Positions 36,901 to 38,504 of a DNA stretch of 38,504 nt are shown one piece after another. A program made the translations under genes and the position numbers. Under the pieces are notes generated by a model that saw only the letters and a list, made by a program, of their open reading frames with translations, had not been told where the DNA came from and searched no databases. Source of the DNA: Syntrophales bacterium (lineage in GTDB: Bacteria > Desulfobacterota > Syntrophia > Syntrophales > UBA2185); the NCBI GenBank assembly GCA_035515335.1, contig DATJBN010000064.1:1-38504 (forward strand). Reading direction: 5' to 3'. The stretch's first letter is position 1. Every line of letters starts with the position of its first letter.

Positions 36901-37908
36901 CCCTGTTGAGCATCCGGGAACCCAGGCTCTGATTTCCGAACCGGGCTCGGCATTTTCCACAATGGGCGATATGACCTTTTCCGTCAGGGTCTCCCATGCA
37001 TGGGGCTGGCGAAAGAAGTCGGTGACACCGATAAGCAGATCTTTCTGCAGAAGGCCTACCTCACCGGGGTGCTCGTGCAGGAACTTTGCGTATTCATCGA
37101 GGGACGTAATCTTTGCGAGACCCATCCTGCGGTTCATCCTCCGAACAATAGTGCTTGGCTTGTAGCAGCGGAAGTCGTGTCCTATCTTTGCGCGGATGAT
37201 ATCCAGTACTGTGCGCACCTTGGGGTCGATACCGGCTGGGAATGCAGGTTCCCTTGTTTCCGTTTTGATTTGTTCAGCTAAATTCATAAGGGCTTCAGCG
37301 ATGCCTTCTGCGGGCAGAACTATTTCAGCTACACCCGCATCAATTGCGCTCTTTGACATGTCCGGATGCTTTACGTTCGCGGGATCTTCTACGATGGTCC
37401 TGCCTCCCGCGGCCTTTATCTCGGAGAGTCCCAGCGTCCCATCGCTTCCTTTACCGGAGAGGAGGACGCCAATGCCGCGGCGCCTCTGGTCGATTGCCAG
37501 CGAGCAGAGGAAATGATCGATAGGCATTCGCAGGCCGTTGCATAGAACCGGCTGCTGCAGGGTGAGTTTTCCCCCTGTGATGTTGAGGAATTTGTCCGGT
37601 GGAATGACGTGAATGCGGTCTGCCAGAACGGGCATGCCGTTTTTGGCTTCGACGACGGAAAGGGCCGTCTGTTTCTTCAGCATCTTTACAAGCAGACCTC
37701 TGTGGGCACTGTGCATGTGCCGGATGACCACGAACGCTACACCTTGTCCGGCGGCCATTTTTGAGAATAGCTTCTGTAGAGATTTCTGAGAAGCTGCGGG
37801 CGCCCCTATGCCTACCACAATGACCGGGGCGCGGCTTTCGCCCGTATTGCCGCGAGCGGCTACTCCACTTTTCTTGAGCGCAGGCCGTCTTTTGTTGTTC
37901 TTACGCAT
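30952..37908 (-). CDS. 2318-aa soluble CheB-like / CheR methyltransferase / coiled-coil / multi-PAS / GAF / HisKA-HATPase sensor kinase
   Basis: CheB-like N-terminus (VIRHM, GKGSDG), CheR (AWVPGCSTGKEAYSLAMLL, LISCRNLLIYL), and an NEEL-type coiled coil. These are followed by many PAS modules, one GAF, the H-box SHDLRAPLRAI, and HATPase motifs (DNGAGF, GTGVGLA). Confidence 0.9.
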   Translation of the reverse strand: MRKNNKRRPALKKSGVAARGNTGESRAPVIVVGIGAPAASQKSLQKLFSKMAAGQGVAFVVIRHMHSAHRGLLVKMLKKQTALSVVEAKNGMPVLADRIHVIPPDKFLNITGGKLTLQQPVLCNGLRMPIDHFLCSLAIDQRRRGIGVLLSGKGSDGTLGLSEIKAAGGRTIVEDPANVKHPDMSKSAIDAGVAEIVLPAEGIAEALMNLAEQIKTETREPAFPAGIDPKVRTVLDIIRAKIGHDFRCYKPSTIVRRMNRRMGLAKITSLDEYAKFLHEHPGEVGLLQKDLLIGVTDFFRQPHAWETLTEKVISPIVENAEPGSEIRAWVPGCSTGKEAYSLAMLLTEEVEKSGKKLSVQIFATDSDVTALATARSGIYPKEDMGENISPARLRRFFLRKDGHYQVVKDIREWIVFAPQNITAHPPFSRLDLISCRNLLIYLDQQVQKKIIDLFHFSLREGGFLFLGTAENVGDREDIFEPVAKKWRIYRRIGVGHRVGIEIPVRVSTEPDQTAIKPPIATQPSRMSLTSGAQHMLLDRFVPACVMIDRKLHVLYVHGRVEDYMTFPTGELTTRIVDMAREGLRARLRGAIGKCLESNKAVAVTARVRRGDKSVHVKAIVSPLRYPREIDGLLLITFEDYRVPVVKSGRRIAEVSDTQQLMDELKITREELQSTIEQLENSNDELKALNEEVTAANEELQSANEELETSKEELQSLNEELNTINTRLQEKVDELENINNDVVNLLSSTNIATVFLDKNLRIKRFTPAVTNLFSLIASDAGRHIGDVLRRFSDDALLGDARRVLVHLTPISAEVQAEDGRWYIRCITPYRTQDDYIEGVVLTFVDVDDLKRAQAALQTAKDELEERVQERTVELRAASLYARSLIEASLDPLVTISPEGKITDVNDATEHITGRTRGELIGTEFSDYFTDPDAAQAGYRRVLAEGQVHDYPLTIRGASGKETDVLYNATVYRSAQGEVQGVFAAARDVTERNLIEEELARHREHLEDLVEERTAELEEEQRRLGFIVDSIADGFYVLNRDWQLVHVNDDTLRHMGKTRDELIGHSLFDLFPTIRGSVIESEYKHAMETGEPVHFETPSIISGAILEVHAYPGPENLTILFRDITERRRTEEEIRLQNSVQRAMSRIFQEVIVSNTEEELGERCLAIAEALTGSKIGFIGEIGRDGYLHDIAISNPGWEACAMYDKTGHRRPPGDCKVHGIYGRVLTDGKSLIVNEPSKHADSIGLPEGHPPLTAFLGVPFIQNGKTVGMVALGNREGGYTAEQQRTIEVLTPAIFQVLLRKRAEISLREEHARSEWLARFPEENPNPVMRVSKDGKVLYCNPASKVLHEWQCEVGEEPHEPVLSVFKKAVTEGHEVENEAKIGGRFYSVTVIPAPGESYANIYGRDITERKQAEAALQARERLLQDVIDGSTSPIFLKDNDGKFITINATLEKMLRISREEIKGKTDYDIAPKEVADYWRAHDKEVIATGKAIQIEEVADLLDGHHIFLANKFPLVDADGQMYGVGSISHDITERKQAERELQTTMQRLNTLVASIHNSIVLVDNKGRIAFTNQALCDYFGLQDTPADLVGITASEMIDKIKNAYFNPDEQVERIWKIARAGQPVTGEEIAMRDGRTALRDFVPIHVDERSYGLLWYHVDITERKRAEERVSQSQKTFSELVERAPFGIYIVDSKFRIAQMNIGSQNGAFRNVQPVIGRDFSEAMHILWPEHVAAEIIGHFRHTLETGEPYYSPPFINPRADAAIVESYEWELHRMMLPDGQYGIICYYFDSTKLRQAEEAVRESEERYRSLFENLNEAALLIEPIFDDPGQLVDFKYLAVNAAVNRHLGKRVDEMVGKRYSEVFPRAGRNPVFDIYEKVLATGEPFHGEILLPATGRYFDAAAYRPAPGRLALILTDVTERRAAEAALRRLNQELEQRVSERTAELRAASLYSRSLIEASLDPLVTISPEGKITDVNESTEQVTGWSRQKLIGTDFSDYFTDPDAAQAGYRKILGDGQIRDYPLTIRHASGSTTDVLYNATVYRDAQGQVQGVFAAARDVTERKRIDAELVKYRDHLEDLVKERTAEMEAANKELESFSYSVSHDLRAPLRAIDGYARLIMNKEGDKFDAETTRKFNAIRSNAQTMGQLINDILTLSRVVKKQLSASKLDMDAIVKDAWKEIETINPERNIKLAVGSLPVGYGDATLIRQVYSNLLSNAAKFTKYRETALIEVGGYVEGDENVYYIKDNGAGFEMEYYDKLYGIFQRLHKVDEFEGTGVGLATVQRIVQRHGGRAWAEGKPNEGATFYFSLPVKRNHQ
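31642..32097 (-). repeat. Copy B of the duplicated module (aa 1938-2089), immediately N-terminal to the HisKA domain
   Basis: RVSERTAELRAASLYSRSLIEASLDPLVTISPEGKITDVN...DLVKERTAEME. It is the same length as copy A and lies 3219 nt away. Confidence 0.8.
34861..35316 (-). repeat. Copy A of an internally duplicated 152-aa linker-PAS-linker module (aa 865-1016 of the giant kinase)
   Basis: RVQERTVELRAASLYARSLIEASLDPLVTISPEGKITDVN...DLVEERTAELE. By my hand alignment it shares about 78% aa identity with copy B. Confidence 0.8.
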
Positions 37909-38090
37909 TTATTCCTCCGCACAGTGCTTAAATTTAAAACACTCCACTGCTTTTGGATTGTCGAAAGAAAAAACATCTCACAACGCCATGCTGGACTTTT
38001 TGATCCGGCATTCAATTTCCGTGATTCAGAAATTCGGTTTACTCGGGGCAAATCCTTGGGGATTCTTAATGACACTTTTTTATTTTAAAA

Positions 38091-38119
38091 AGCATATGCG
38101 ATGCTCTCATATATGTCAA
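38091..38119 (-). promoter_or_regulatory. Sigma70-type promoter candidate for the giant kinase operon (TTGACA-N17-TATGCT)
   Basis: On the minus strand the -35 is at 38114-38119 and the -10 at 38091-38096. This implies a leader of about 180 nt. Confidence 0.35.
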
Positions 38120-38310
38120 TGACAGTTTGGCATTGCAAGTCCGGCCGAACTGAGAGGCAACTATGCAGAAATATGGCAACAATTTTGTTCAGTACGCTTC
38201 GTCCATGGTGCGTGGAAGAAGAGAAAATCATCCTTGTCAGCAGTTGCAATATCTGGTAGTGCACACTATCTGTATTATTCTCGCATTTCGCAGCAAGGTA
38301 AATATTAGAC

Positions 38311-38334
38311 TCCTCACATCTGTTCGGAATGACA
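38311..38334. repeat. Solo half-copy of the 28326-28445 element (TCCTCACATCTGTTCGGAATGACA; 23 of 24 nt identical to 28422-28445)
   Basis: Direct comparison of the two stretches. No matching left arm (GTCATTCCG) is seen nearby. Confidence 0.55.
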
Positions 38335-38345
38335 ATTGCGGTGTT

Positions 38346-38504
38346 ATGAAGGAAATATTAAGCGTCACAGAGTTGAATGAGAGTATCAAACACCTCCTCG
38401 AGGAGAGCTTCGACTCGCTCTGGGTGGAAGGGGAGGTCTCTAATCTGCGCCGTCCCGCATCAGGGCATATATACTTTACACTGAAGGATGAAAAGAGCCA
38501 GATC
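38346..38504 (+). CDS. xseA: Exodeoxyribonuclease VII large subunit, 5' end (partial, runs off the window end)
   Basis: MKEILSVTELNESIKHLLEESFDSLWVEGEVSNLRRPASGHIYFTLKD matches the conserved XseA N-terminal OB-fold signature. Confidence 0.85.
   Translation, partial: MKEILSVTELNESIKHLLEESFDSLWVEGEVSNLRRPASGHIYFTLKDEKSQI

Noticed and set aside
38174-38189. A sigma54-like TGGCAA-N5-TTGTT motif.
   Set aside because: The -12 element is GT rather than GC. It points at xseA, which is not a typical sigma54 target, and no enhancer-binding protein gene is nearby.
38163-38345. An in-frame 61-codon N-terminal extension of xseA starts at ATG 38163.
   Set aside because: The extension would translate through the repeat half-copy. 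The conserved XseA N-terminus (..LSVTELN..) normally begins within a few residues of the start, which favours ATG 38346.
1-38504. I searched for CRISPR repeats, IS elements or transposases, integrases, toxin-antitoxin pairs, rRNA and known riboswitch cores.
   Set aside because: No regularly spaced repeats, no terminal inverted repeats flanking a transposase-like ORF, and no recognisable conserved RNA cores were seen by eye. The absence cannot be proven without covariance-model searches.

Overview
The window reads as ordinary chromosomal DNA, roughly 50% GC by eye, probably from an anaerobic bacterium (Desulfobacterota- or Nitrospirota-like; the taxon cannot be fixed without searches). I found no CRISPR array, transposase, integrase, rRNA or obvious prophage or defence island. 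Genes in order are listed below.

- **3-5128:** a MORN-repeat gene tail, a membrane-anchored HTH protein, and a beta-oxidation-type operon (acyl-CoA synthetase, hbd, thiolase).
- **5272-9986:** small membrane and small soluble proteins, dedA, hup, an orphan papain/C39-like protein, and a membrane-fused spermidine-synthase-like protein.
- **10166-12400:** glyA, a small membrane protein and a cold-shock gene.
- **12684-16563:** a secreted/lipoprotein cluster (PK_C-like protein, transglutaminase-like lipoprotein, single-Cache protein, patatin-like lipase).
- **16862-18139:** a HesB/IscA-like gene that is only intact if an in-frame TGA is read as selenocysteine, followed by a TPR protein.
- **18229-22463:** a pilT / pilT-paralog / receiver-like operon, tRNA-Ala(CGC), and a deoxyhypusine-synthase-like gene.
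- **22611-28168:** a five-gene BKACE (beta-keto-acid cleavage) catabolic operon with its own permease.
- **28518-37908:** a signalling operon headed by a 2318-aa soluble CheB-CheR-PAS/GAF histidine kinase, then a PAS/HisKA_3 kinase, a NarL-type regulator and a small membrane protein.
- **38346-38504:** the 5' end of xseA.

The most notable observations are these:

- The selenoprotein is hidden by the ORF track.
- The BKACE operon has an undeducible substrate, and a direct-repeat operator candidate overlaps its promoter.
- A nested inverted-repeat element has a second half-copy 10 kb away.
- The giant kinase has a degenerate CheB nucleophile motif and an internally duplicated 152-aa PAS module.
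- An orphan Cys/His peptidase-like gene and a pilT operon ending in a pseudo-receiver stand without their usual partners.

All protein calls rest on motif recognition by eye from the supplied translations. No database search was run.
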